Source of the DNA: an uncultured delta proteobacterium
GTDB taxonomy: Bacteria > Myxococcota_A > Polyangia > Haliangiales > Haliangiaceae
Assembly (NCBI GenBank): GCA_963743525.1
Contig: CAVUQH010000008.1
Location: 1 to 64,000, forward strand
DNA: 64,000 nt
Reading direction: 5' to 3'
The stretch's first letter is position 1; each line of letters opens with the position of its first letter. The notes under the pieces are model-generated. The model was not told the origin of the DNA and did no database searches. It worked only from the letters and a program-made list of their open reading frames with translations. Below, piece by piece: positions 1-10,310 of this stretch. The translations under genes and the position numbers were made by a program.

Positions 1-1469
<1,469 letters not shown>

Positions 1470-1762
1470 GACCCCCTTGGGGCCATTCTCTCAGGATATC
1501 CACCCGCGATCCAACGCCGGGCCGTTGACCGGCCGGGCGCGATCTCGAGGGCGCCGATCGGCTGGCCGCGAACTCGTTGACTGGAACGGATCGGTCGCGG
1601 CGAAGCGCAGCTTGCGGCCAGCGTCGTCGCACGGCGATGTCTGGGCGCTTGCCCCCAGTGGCAACAACAGCTGCCACTCGTGGTCGTCCGGGGCCGACCG
1701 AATGCAACACCGATCGGTCCCGATCGGTGAACGATTTCCGCGTCTTGCGTCGGGGTGGGGGT

Positions 1763-1778
1763 TGGCACGGATTCAGCA
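1763..1778 (+). promoter_or_regulatory. sigma54 -24/-12 promoter candidate
   Basis: TGGCACGGATTCAGCA (GG-N10-GC) ending 12 nt before ATG 1791. Confidence 0.55.
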
Positions 1779-1790
1779 CCAGGGCCGGGC

Positions 1791-3290
1791 ATGCAAAGGC
1801 CCCTGCTGCCCCTCCTGCTTCTCGCCCCGCTTGCTGCGGGTTGCGTCGGTGGATTCGGACCCGACAGCGATCCGTCCGACGAGCCCGCGCTCGCCGACCT
1901 GGACGCCCTGCTCGAGGGTGCGCCGACCAACGACGAGCTGCCCCAGGACTACAAGGCCGACGCCAATTATCCGAAGAAGTTCACCGAGCTGCTCCAGTAC
2001 CAGTCCCCGGTTCGCAACCAGGGTCACCGGGGTGTGTGCTCGATCTTCAGCACGGTGGCGCTGATGGAGCACCTCTACATCAAGGAGGGCACCCTCACCG
2101 ATCCCGATTTCTCCGAGCAGTACCTGCAGTGGGCCGTCAAGTTCGAGGTCGGCGCGTTTCCGAACACGTCCGGCTCCAACGCGCGCAGCAACCTGCAAGC
2201 GATCAGTCAGTACGGCATCGTGACCGAGGACGTGTGGCCCTACGATTCGTACACGTGGACCAGCTCGGATGACCCCGCCTGTGACGGTGGCGATGCACAG
2301 CCGACCGTCTGCTACACCAACGGCGAGCCCACCGCGGAGATGAAGGCGGCGCAAAAGTACAAGCTGCCGGCCGGGCGCTACATCAACAGCAGCGCCGACA
2401 ACATCAAGGGGCACATGTTCAGCACCAAGACCGGCGTGGTCGTGGGGCTCACGTTCTTCTACCAGGCGTGGAATCACGGCGCCTCGTCGCTGCCCGTGAA
2501 CAGCGAGTACAAGCGCAAGGGCTACGTCCTGTACCCCAACGAGGAGGACAAGACCAAGTCGCTCGAGAAGCGCGCCGGTCACTCCATCCTGCTGGTGGGC
2601 TGGGACGACGATCTCGAGGTCCAGACCGTGGACAAGGACGGCAACAAGGTCGTGGATGCCGATGGCAATCCGGTCATGGAAAAGGGCTTCTTCATCTTCA
2701 AGAACAGCTGGGGCACCACGGGCTTCGGCACCGACAGCGAGCTTCCCGCGGGCTACGGCTACATCTCCATGCGCTACGTCGCCGAGTACGGCAGCGCCTA
2801 CACCGCCGGTCTGCCCGCGGTGGAGCGGCCGCAGGAGATCTGCGGCGATCACCAGGACAACGACGGCAACAACCTCACGGACTGCGAGGATCCCGCGTGC
2901 GCGGCCGACCCCACCTGCAGCGCCCCGGCCGACGTTCACACCTACGACAACACCGACGCGGTCGACATCCCCGACAACGACCCGGTCGGTGCCAGCACCA
3001 CGATCACGGTGGACGACACCTACGACATCAGCTCGCTGACGGTCAGCGTCGACATCACGCACACGTACATCGGTGACCTGCGTGTGGTCCTCTACCGCGA
3101 CGGTCAGGCCGTGACTCTGCACGACCGCACCGGCGGCGGCGCCGACGATCTACAGAAGTCCTGGGACCTCACCGACTTCGATGGCCAGAACGTGTCGGGC
3201 GAGTGGAAGCTCACGGTCACCGACCTGGCAAATGCCGACGTCGGACACATCAACGACTTCAAGCTCGAGGTGGGTCGGGCCGCGCCCTAG
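1791..3290 (+). CDS. Papain-like C1 cysteine peptidase lipoprotein with C-terminal proprotein-convertase P domain
   Basis: Lipobox LAAGC; QGHRGVCSIF (Gln/Cys), GHSILLVGW (His), FKNSWG (Asn); Cys-rich DNDGNNLTDCEDPAC linker; P-domain IPDN..VDITHTYIGDL..GEWKL. Confidence 0.9.
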   Translation: MQRPLLPLLLLAPLAAGCVGGFGPDSDPSDEPALADLDALLEGAPTNDELPQDYKADANYPKKFTELLQYQSPVRNQGHRGVCSIFSTVALMEHLYIKEGTLTDPDFSEQYLQWAVKFEVGAFPNTSGSNARSNLQAISQYGIVTEDVWPYDSYTWTSSDDPACDGGDAQPTVCYTNGEPTAEMKAAQKYKLPAGRYINSSADNIKGHMFSTKTGVVVGLTFFYQAWNHGASSLPVNSEYKRKGYVLYPNEEDKTKSLEKRAGHSILLVGWDDDLEVQTVDKDGNKVVDADGNPVMEKGFFIFKNSWGTTGFGTDSELPAGYGYISMRYVAEYGSAYTAGLPAVERPQEICGDHQDNDGNNLTDCEDPACAADPTCSAPADVHTYDNTDAVDIPDNDPVGASTTITVDDTYDISSLTVSVDITHTYIGDLRVVLYRDGQAVTLHDRTGGGADDLQKSWDLTDFDGQNVSGEWKLTVTDLANADVGHINDFKLEVGRAAP

Positions 3291-3312
3291 ACTTGCTGCT
3301 ACACTCCGCCGC

Positions 3313-3780
3313 ATGCTCAGTCGAGGCCTGGCGATCACCACTGTGGCCGTGCTCGTCTTGCTGCCCGCGCCCGGCTGCGGAAGAACCGGCAGCAACCAGG
3401 ACAATGCGGCGCCGGGCAGCGAGTCGAAGGCAGATCGCGCCGAGCCCGCCACCACCAGAGCGAAGCCGTCGGGGGACGACGCGACGATCGATCAGTGGGT
3501 CGCGATGTGGCAGGCGGTCGGCAAGGCCGGCGACGAGGCGGGCGACGACTGTGACAAGGCGGCCGCCACGTGGGCCGAGATCTTCAAGAGCAACCGCGCT
3601 GTGTTCCAGGGCATCATGAAGCTCGTGGCGGCACAGGGCGAGGACCAGGTGACGGCGAAGCTCGCGTCGCGCATCAAGGAGCCAATGAGCCGGTTCACCA
3701 CGCTGTCGAAGCAGTGCGCGCAGAATCAAAACATGATGGAAGCGCTGCACACGATGAACGAAATGTACGGTTCGGAGTGA
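3313..3780 (+). CDS. Hypothetical lipoprotein
   Basis: Signal peptide ending APGC, helical body with two Cys, gene-like codon usage. Confidence 0.7.
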   Translation: MLSRGLAITTVAVLVLLPAPGCGRTGSNQDNAAPGSESKADRAEPATTRAKPSGDDATIDQWVAMWQAVGKAGDEAGDDCDKAAATWAEIFKSNRAVFQGIMKLVAAQGEDQVTAKLASRIKEPMSRFTTLSKQCAQNQNMMEALHTMNEMYGSE

Positions 3781-3796
3781 TTCCATCGGTGACGCC

Positions 3797-3946
3797 ATGC
3801 GGGGCCATCTTTCTCTCGGCGTCTCCAGGCTGAACCGCGCGCGCGATTTCTACGGCGCTGTGCTCGAGCCACCGGGCTACGTCCGCCAATGGACGGGCGC
3901 GCGCAGCGTCGAATACCACGAGCCAGGCCGGGACGCGCATGAGTGA
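3797..3946 (+). pseudogene. VOC/glyoxalase N-terminal fragment
   Basis: MRGHLSLGVSRLNRARDFYGAVLEPPGYVRQWTG resembles a VOC N-terminus; stops after 49 aa. Confidence 0.55.
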
Positions 3947-4080
3947 CCTGCCCCCCGGCCGCGCCGGCTTCTTTCACCTGCTGCGCTTCCTCCGCGACCC
4001 CTACGCCGCGACGCATCGGCAGCATCGTACGCCAGCTGCGCCGGCCCATGACCCTCGCCGGCTACACCATCCCCGCGGGG
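3939..4080 (+). pseudogene. Cytochrome P450 remnant (N-terminus joined to an internal segment)
   Basis: MSDLPPGRAGFFHLLRFLRDPYAA, then in another frame IVRQLRRPMTLAGYTIPAG (P450 beta-region motif). Confidence 0.5.
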
Positions 4081-4750
4081 AGGAAGCAGCGCGGCGAAGG
4101 TGACGGCTACCGTGCGGGGCAACGTCGCGATGGAGGCGCGCAGAGAGGCGCAAGACGTGGGGCGGACGAGAGGGGAGCTGGCTTCCACGCCATCCGCGTT
4201 GGCTAGCCGCCGAAGAGCTTCTTGAACAGGCCGCCGCCCGAGCCCTTGCACTGGCAACGCTTGTCGCGGGGCACATGACCGAGCACCTGCTCGACATGGG
4301 CCCCGCAGCCGGACCAGCCTGGTCGGCCACACTTGCGACAGGTAACTGCTCTACACATTGGTTGACTCCTGGGTTTCGTTTGTTATCTTGCGCGGCGATG
4401 GAAGCTCGCACTTCGTCCATGTCCAGCTTGCGCACCTGTTCGATGATGTCGTCGAGCACGTTGTTCGGGACGACTCCTGCGCTCTGAGCCAGCAGGACAC
4501 GGTCGCGAAGCACCATCCACGTGGGAATGGCACTGACGCCAAACGACGCTGCCAGGTTCCGTTGCTCCTCGGTGTTGACCTTGCCGAACTTGATGTCGGT
4601 GTGCTTGGCGGCCGCTTCCTCGAAAATCGGGCCGAACATGCGGCACGGGGCGCACCACGACGCCCAGAAATCGAGCAGGACGATGCCGTCGCCGACGACA
4701 GTCTCGAAGTTCTGCTCCGTGACCTCTATGGTCTTGCCTTGGTTGTCCAT
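4001..4750 (-). CDS. trxA: Thioredoxin (domain ends near 4385; stop apparently lost)
   Basis: LDFWASWCAPCRMFGP active site, SAIPT; the ORF runs on through the next gene with a non-protein-like tail. Confidence 0.88.
   Translation of the reverse strand: MDNQGKTIEVTEQNFETVVGDGIVLLDFWASWCAPCRMFGPIFEEAAAKHTDIKFGKVNTEEQRNLAASFGVSAIPTWMVLRDRVLLAQSAGVVPNNVLDDIIEQVRKLDMDEVRASIAAQDNKRNPGVNQCVEQLPVASVADQAGPAAGPMSSRCSVMCPATSVASARARAAACSRSSSAASQRGWRGSQLPSRPPHVLRLSARLHRDVAPHGSRHLRRAASSPRGWCSRRGSWAGAAGVRCCRCVAA
4203..4358 (-). CDS. Small Cys-rich protein, 51 aa
   Basis: MCRAVTCRKCGRPGWSGCGAHVEQVLGHVPRDKRCQCKGSGGGLFKKLFGG with AGGAG RBS; below the ORF-track size cutoff. Confidence 0.8.
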   Translation of the reverse strand: MCRAVTCRKCGRPGWSGCGAHVEQVLGHVPRDKRCQCKGSGGGLFKKLFGG

Positions 4751-4925
4751 GCGAGGTGAGAGCCAGGAATCCGCCAAAGGATTCAAGAAAGTTCCACGGC
4801 CGGTCCGCGATGGCCTGGCGTGCCGGTTGCTTGCCATATTTCCAGGCGCTTATGGGCGCAGCCGGCAGCCGGCGGTAGCCGGGTTCGGCGTTGAACCCGG
4901 CCGCATCGGGGGGCATGCTCGCCAC

Positions 4926-6290
4926 GTGTACTACACGCTGGCCCAGCGCTGGGCGCTCGCGATGGCGGCAGCGATTCACGCGACCGCCGGCGGCGACGCA
5001 CGCTGGCCGGGCGGGATGCCGCCCGGGGCTGCGTTCCGCGCCCACGCGGCGCGGATCCTCGACGAGCAATGGGGGCTCCGTGACGCCGCCGGGGTCTCGG
5101 ACCGGATCGACGAGCTGCATGCGAGCGGCGCCTGGCCCGAGGTCGCGGCGGTGGCCGGCTGGGCAGCGCGCGCGCAGATCGTGACCGAGGCGCGGGCGCT
5201 GGCGTGGATGCTGCGCTCGGCGCGGGCGGCGCAGTCGGCGCACGAATCGTGGCTGGACTTCGCGCAGCGGCGGAGCGCGGGCTCGCCCCCGCTGGTCGAC
5301 GCCTGCAACGCGCTGCTCGGGCGCGACGATTCGCCGTGGCGCACGCTGGCCTGGGACCAGTCGCTCGATGCGCCGATGGCGCGGCGCTCGCACGTGCGCG
5401 CGGTCGCGTGTCGCTCGTGCGGCGCGCGCAAGGTTCGGCCCGCGCCCGCGATCGATCCGAGCGCTCACGTCCACTGCGACTATTGCGGCGAGCTGACCGA
5501 CGTCAACTGGCGAATCCTCGTCGAGCAGTCCGGGGCGCCGCGCGCGACCGCGGTGTGGCGCGAGCTCCTCTCGCGACATGCTTCGTCGCTGGCGGCCGCG
5601 CGATCGGGCCGCGATGAAGCCGGCCTGCGCGCGATCTTCCGCTCGATGCACGACACGATGACGACCGAGTGCCCGTCGAAGTACTCGCCGCGGATCGCAG
5701 ACGAGGCGTATCGCCGGGAGATCGTCGAAATCGAGGCGGAGATGGCCGTGGTGTCCGAGCTCGATCGCGAGACCCAGCGGCTCGGAGCGGAGTGCCAGGC
5801 GGCGACCGAGGCATTGCAGGCGTCGCTCACACCCGGCGTGCTGCGCGTGCCCGGCGCGGCGTTCTGGACCATGTTCGCCGCGCTCACGCCGATGCAGCGC
5901 CACGTCACCAACCTGTTGGACGGCCGCGGCCTGCTCGCGGCACACCCGGATCGGCTCACGCCGGAGCTGCATCAGCGGATCGCCACCAGCGTCACAGTGC
6001 AGAGCTTCCTGCCGTTCCTCGACGACGCCGATGCCACTCGACTGCTCGCCGAAACCGGGCTCGCCGCCGAGTACGTGCCAGTGCCGGAGGTCGCGCTCGA
6101 GGCGCACGCCTGTGGCGGCTGCGGTGCGACTCTCGAGGCCGCGCCCGGCGCGCGCCGGGTCGTCTGCGACTACTGCGGCCGGCGCGTCGAGGTCGGCAGG
6201 CCGGCGATCGCGTGTCCCAACTGCGCGGCGGAAGTCGCGCTCGCGGACGGCGCCAACGCCTGCCCGTACTGCGCGACGCACTTCGCATGA
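4926..6290 (+). CDS. Hypothetical multi-zinc-ribbon protein (DUF1266-like N-terminus)
   Basis: CRSCG, CDYCG, CGGCG, CDYCG, CPNC, CPYC pairs; N-terminal ILDEQWGLRD motif; start uncertain. Confidence 0.7.
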   Translation: MYYTLAQRWALAMAAAIHATAGGDARWPGGMPPGAAFRAHAARILDEQWGLRDAAGVSDRIDELHASGAWPEVAAVAGWAARAQIVTEARALAWMLRSARAAQSAHESWLDFAQRRSAGSPPLVDACNALLGRDDSPWRTLAWDQSLDAPMARRSHVRAVACRSCGARKVRPAPAIDPSAHVHCDYCGELTDVNWRILVEQSGAPRATAVWRELLSRHASSLAAARSGRDEAGLRAIFRSMHDTMTTECPSKYSPRIADEAYRREIVEIEAEMAVVSELDRETQRLGAECQAATEALQASLTPGVLRVPGAAFWTMFAALTPMQRHVTNLLDGRGLLAAHPDRLTPELHQRIATSVTVQSFLPFLDDADATRLLAETGLAAEYVPVPEVALEAHACGGCGATLEAAPGARRVVCDYCGRRVEVGRPAIACPNCAAEVALADGANACPYCATHFA

Positions 6291-6415
6291 GCTGCTGAGG
6301 TTGCTACTCTGGAACGGTGCGGTGTCGTGGGCTGATTGCCTGCTGCCTCCTGGTGGGCTGTGGTGAAGCGTCCAGTGTTGACTGGGATGCCCGTCGATAG
6401 GACGCTTGGGAGCCG

Positions 6416-6734
6416 GTGGCCACCGAGGGATGCGGCAACGCCAAGATCGACGAAGGCGAATACTGCGACGACGGCAACCTGGATGAGTTGGCATTACGGC
6501 ATGGGGCTCCTCGTTCGACCGAGGGGCGACGACGCCAACTGGTTCCATTTCGGCGAGCTGCCCGGCACCGTGTCGGTCTTCGTGCGTACCTTCAACGGGT
6601 TCACGTGGGTCGCTCTGTTCAACTACCACAACGGAGCGTTCGGGACGCTCAGCCAGGCCGTTGACCGCGCCATGTGGGCCGCCTGCTCGACGGTCGAGAC
6701 CTGGCCCGACTACGACCTGTTCCAGCGCATGTAG
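6416..6734 (+). pseudogene. Remnant: Cys-rich repeat fragment plus serine hydrolase (beta-lactamase family) C-terminus
   Basis: GCGNAKIDEGEYCDDGN in one frame; YGMGL..WFHFGELPGT..WVALFN..WPDYDLF in another; no SxxK N-terminal half. Confidence 0.55.
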
Positions 6735-6783
6735 ATCGTCGACCAACTGTCGGTCCGGCCGCGCGTAGCGGCGATCAGCGGAG

Positions 6784-6817
6784 ACGCGGAGCGACCCGCA
6801 CAGGGATCGCTCCGCGT
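6784..6817. terminator. Hairpin between convergent genes
   Basis: ACGCGGAGCGA-CCCGCACAGGGA-TCGCTCCGCGT, 11-bp perfect stem. Confidence 0.55.
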
Positions 6818-6826
6818 GTTGCGGTG

Positions 6827-7594
6827 CTACAGGCTGGTGACGTCGCCGGTCTGGAGGTTGACCAGGTACCGGGCGGTGCCGTCGAGGGTGACGATGGCAG
6901 TGCCGTCGCCCGGCAGCTCGACCGCGACGTCGATGGCGAAGTGCCGGTCGACCTCGAAGCGGCCGCCGGACCGGGTGCGCTGAACGTCCACCGAGGAGTG
7001 CAGGCTTCCATGCACGGCGGCGACGTCGCCGACCGGGAAGGTCAGGTCGTAGCTCTTGGCCAGGTCGAGATCGAAGGTGCGGGTTTCGTTGTTCCACCGC
7101 GGGGTGAACGTGGACGACGCTGTCAGGTCGGCGTCGCCGGTGGCCGTGACCTCGGTGCTCTGCAGCCCCGCGAGGGTCCAGGTGCCGCTGGCCGAAACCG
7201 ACGCCTGATAGTTGGGCAGCGCGATCTCGCCGTCGAAGCTGGCGGTGGCGATGGCGCTGTCGGTCAGCTCGTTGCAGACATCCTGGGCGGCGCCGGCGGC
7301 GTCGGAACATTTGACGTCGATGGTCCAGGACAGGTCACCGGCCGCGGCGGTCCGCGTCTCGGGCAGCACCGCGCCGGCCGACTTGCCGCGCGCCGACGCC
7401 GTGATGGTGGACAGCGCGCCGCCGGCGCCGACGTCCTGTGCGACCAGCGGTCCGATTGCCTGTGCGACCTGGTCGTAGTCCTGCTGGGTGGGCTGGTCGA
7501 CGCCGCTGCAGGCGACCGAGCCGAGCAGCATCGCGGCCAGGCCGAGCTGCGGGAGGACGAGGTGGTTTCGGTGGGCGAACGGAAGTTTGTTCAT
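6827..7594 (-). CDS. Hypothetical beta-rich lipoprotein
   Basis: GGAGG RBS, lipobox SVAC, Thr/Asp-rich beta-strand pattern. Confidence 0.8.
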   Translation of the reverse strand: MNKLPFAHRNHLVLPQLGLAAMLLGSVACSGVDQPTQQDYDQVAQAIGPLVAQDVGAGGALSTITASARGKSAGAVLPETRTAAAGDLSWTIDVKCSDAAGAAQDVCNELTDSAIATASFDGEIALPNYQASVSASGTWTLAGLQSTEVTATGDADLTASSTFTPRWNNETRTFDLDLAKSYDLTFPVGDVAAVHGSLHSSVDVQRTRSGGRFEVDRHFAIDVAVELPGDGTAIVTLDGTARYLVNLQTGDVTSL

Positions 7595-7631
7595 GGTGGC
7601 TACCTCCTGGGGGACGGGTGCGACGGAACAG

Positions 7632-7647
7632 AGCAAGCCCGGTGCCA
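7632..7647 (-). promoter_or_regulatory. sigma54 -24/-12 promoter
   Basis: Minus strand TGGCACCGGGCTTGCT, near consensus, upstream of ATG 7594. Confidence 0.7.
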
Positions 7648-7905
7648 CCGGCTCCGGCCGCTGGGTTCCGGGCAGTTGGAAGCCGCCTCGCGGCCTCCGG
7701 TGTGGGAAGAGCCGGCAGGCTGTGGGATCCCCCCACATGGCTTCGCCGGTGAAATCCAATCAAGGTCGCGACAAGTCGTCGCAGCCGGAGCAGGCCGGTT
7801 CCGGCCAGAGGCCGCCCGATCGCCGTGTGATAGCGTCTGGCCATCAGCGACCGCAGGCCTGCCGACGCACTGGCTCTGCTCGGGGAGACTGCCGACGACA
7901 TCCCG

Positions 7906-8571
7906 GTGCTGCGCAATCTGACCAGCATGTTCGCCGTGGCTCGCGCGCACGCGTACGCGGCCGTCAGCGACGGCGCTCGCGGCGCCGCCATTCTGCGCCA
8001 GCTCGCCGACAAACACGGCTTCGGCTTGCTCAACGCGATCATCGACAACCTGCCGGCGGATTGGCGGTTCGACCGCACGCCCGTTGACCAACTGTTCCGC
8101 GACACCCACGCCCGCAAAGGGCGGTTCTGGTACTGGGTCGGTATCTACCTGTTGCTGCTGGCGGCGGTGGCTCTGTTGTTGGGGTTGGCGCAGAAGCAGC
8201 CCGGCATCCAGAACCACGATCCATGGCTGATCTTGCTGTTCGCATCGCCGAACCTGCTCGGACTCGGGCTGCTCGCCTCGTTCCGCGGCCGGCGGCGACG
8301 TCGCATCGCCGAGTCCGGCGTGTGTGCTACCGGCACCGTCGTCGGTCGGATCGGTCGCGGCGGTGGAGGCGGCTCGGGCCGCAGCGGCGGACCGACACGC
8401 TTCAGCCTGACGCTCGCCGTTGACGCGACCGGCCCCAACGGCGAGCTCCCGCCGCCGCGGTGCAAGAGCCTGCGGACCATGAGTCGCAAGACCGCTGCCG
8501 GCAAGGAGGGCGAATCGCTGCGGGTCCTCTGGCACCCGGCGCTTCCCGACCGGGTGCTGGGACAGCTGTGA
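7906..8571 (+). CDS. Hypothetical membrane protein
   Basis: Two hydrophobic segments, then a DUF3592-like soluble region; GGGAGA RBS. Confidence 0.6.
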   Translation: MLRNLTSMFAVARAHAYAAVSDGARGAAILRQLADKHGFGLLNAIIDNLPADWRFDRTPVDQLFRDTHARKGRFWYWVGIYLLLLAAVALLLGLAQKQPGIQNHDPWLILLFASPNLLGLGLLASFRGRRRRRIAESGVCATGTVVGRIGRGGGGGSGRSGGPTRFSLTLAVDATGPNGELPPPRCKSLRTMSRKTAAGKEGESLRVLWHPALPDRVLGQL

Positions 8572-8584
8572 CCGGGTTGTCAGC

Positions 8585-8857
8585 GTGTATATTCGCGGCG
8601 TGACCCGCTCGGCCGCCGACGTAGCGAATCTCGAGTACAAGCTGAAGAAGCGCGGCTTCGGCCGCGATCCGTATCCGATCGACTGCGTCGCCTGCAACGA
8701 ACGGGCGGTGTTCGTCTACGCCCTGAAACACACCAACCTGGGCGGCCGCAGCATCGAGTGGTGTCATCACTGCCAGAATGTTCGCGGCTTCTCTCGCGAC
8801 CGCGACGGCGACCGCGTCGAGCAGCCGGAGTTCGACCTCGAGGCGTTCGTCGGCTGA
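8585..8857 (+). CDS. Small putative zinc-binding protein
   Basis: CVAC and CHHC pairs, gene-like codon usage. Confidence 0.7.
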   Translation: MYIRGVTRSAADVANLEYKLKKRGFGRDPYPIDCVACNERAVFVYALKHTNLGGRSIEWCHHCQNVRGFSRDRDGDRVEQPEFDLEAFVG

Positions 8858-8904
8858 CGCCCGCCTGCACGCTGAGGCCCGCGTCGCTGGTGCCGCGGCG
8901 AGGA

Positions 8905-9765
8905 CTAGGCGCGGGCCCACTGCATCAGCACCAGCTTCCATCCCGCCGAGTCGCCGGCCGCGCGCCGGTAGATCCAGAAGATGCGCACCGGCGATTTGCC
9001 CTCGGCCTGCGCGTTGCCGGCGACCCAGACCACGCTGCCGTCGGGGGTGATGCCGGCGCGCGGTTCGCCTTGCAGCTCGAGCGGGTGCTTGGCGAGCTTC
9101 TCGTGTTTCCAGTGCCGCTCGATCGATCGGGCCCCACGGGCGTAGTCGCGGCGGCCGGGCCCGAGCACCACGGTGTCTCGGCCGCCGTCGAGCTGGTCGA
9201 GGAACTTGGCCGGGTCGGCAGCGCCCTCCCGCACCAGCGATACGACGACGTCGGTGCCGTTGGCGGCGCCGCCCGGTAGCGGCGGCAGCGCGTCGGTGTG
9301 GGAGCCGCCGACGGCGCCGAGGTCGGCCGCGACCACGTACCAGATCTCGTCGACCTGCGTGAGCACGGCGGAAAAGGTGTAGTGCCGGCGATCGATGTCG
9401 ATCCGGTTGACGAACCAGGCCGACGTGCCGGTGGGTGACGACGCCGCGGTCAATCCCCTCGATCGCACGCGATGCCGATCGGCGATCTCGAAGCCTTTGG
9501 TCGCGGCAACCATGGCGTCGGTGCGGCTGCCGTACAGCTGGTCGGCCGCCGGGCCGATGACGAAGGCATCATCGGCCAGCAGCGTCTGCTGGGTGGCGGC
9601 GTGGCCGTGTCGAACCGCCTGATAGAAATCGCGAGCGACGCCGCGGGCGTAGCTGGCCGCCTGCTTGCGGTCGTGCTCGTCGGCCTTTGCTGGCGCGACT
9701 CTGGGTGCTGCGCCCGAACAGCCGACGGTGGCGACGACCAACGTTGCGAGGTATTGACGCCACAC
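8905..9765 (-). CDS. Lipoprotein with NTF2/SnoaL-like domains
   Basis: Lipobox TVGC; two repeats of a (F/V)VIGP..Y/L-G pattern; ends WKLVLMQW. Confidence 0.65.
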   Translation of the reverse strand: MWRQYLATLVVATVGCSGAAPRVAPAKADEHDRKQAASYARGVARDFYQAVRHGHAATQQTLLADDAFVIGPAADQLYGSRTDAMVAATKGFEIADRHRVRSRGLTAASSPTGTSAWFVNRIDIDRRHYTFSAVLTQVDEIWYVVAADLGAVGGSHTDALPPLPGGAANGTDVVVSLVREGAADPAKFLDQLDGGRDTVVLGPGRRDYARGARSIERHWKHEKLAKHPLELQGEPRAGITPDGSVVWVAGNAQAEGKSPVRIFWIYRRAAGDSAGWKLVLMQWARA

Positions 9766-9859
9766 GCATCGATCGTATCACGAGCCTGCGCGGCGCCGGC
9801 ATGCGCGCCGTCTCCACCGGCGCCCCGTATCACTGCCGGAATCGCACGCGCGGGCCCGT

Positions 9860-10279
9860 TTGCTCGCGAGGGCGCGGTACACTGTGCCGAACCTCGTGAG
9901 CTGGTCTGAACGCAGCGCGAATGCGTACGATTTCCTGGCCCTGGGACTACTTGCGCTGCTCGTGGTCGGCTATCCGCTGGGCATCTTCGAGCGCGTGGCG
10001 ATCCTCGTGCACGACGGCGCGCACTGGGGAATCGTTCGCCTGGGAAACGAGACCTACTACCAGCATTACGCCCATGGCGCCGTGCACCTGTTCGTGCGCG
10101 TGATGTCGTGGGCGCTGTTGCCGGCGGTCCTGGTCCGCATGATCATCGAGGCGAACTTCGCCGTGCGCATTCGCCACTACTTCATCCTGCCGGTCACGCT
10201 CCTGCTCTTCGGTCTGATCCTCGGCGCGGTGGCAGCCGCGGCCGGCGCCGCGTTCCTGGCTGGCGCTTCTCCCGCCTAG
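9860..10279 (+). CDS. Hypothetical membrane protein
   Basis: Three hydrophobic segments; start uncertain. Confidence 0.6.
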   Translation: MLARARYTVPNLVSWSERSANAYDFLALGLLALLVVGYPLGIFERVAILVHDGAHWGIVRLGNETYYQHYAHGAVHLFVRVMSWALLPAVLVRMIIEANFAVRIRHYFILPVTLLLFGLILGAVAAAAGAAFLAGASPA

Positions 10280-10310
10280 ATCGAGCGCAGCGTTGTCCGT
10301 GGCGATGAAG

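Noticed and set aside
4001..4380. Long C-terminal extension of thioredoxin
   Set aside because: It overlaps a better-supported small gene with its own RBS and looks non-coding; a lost stop is more likely.
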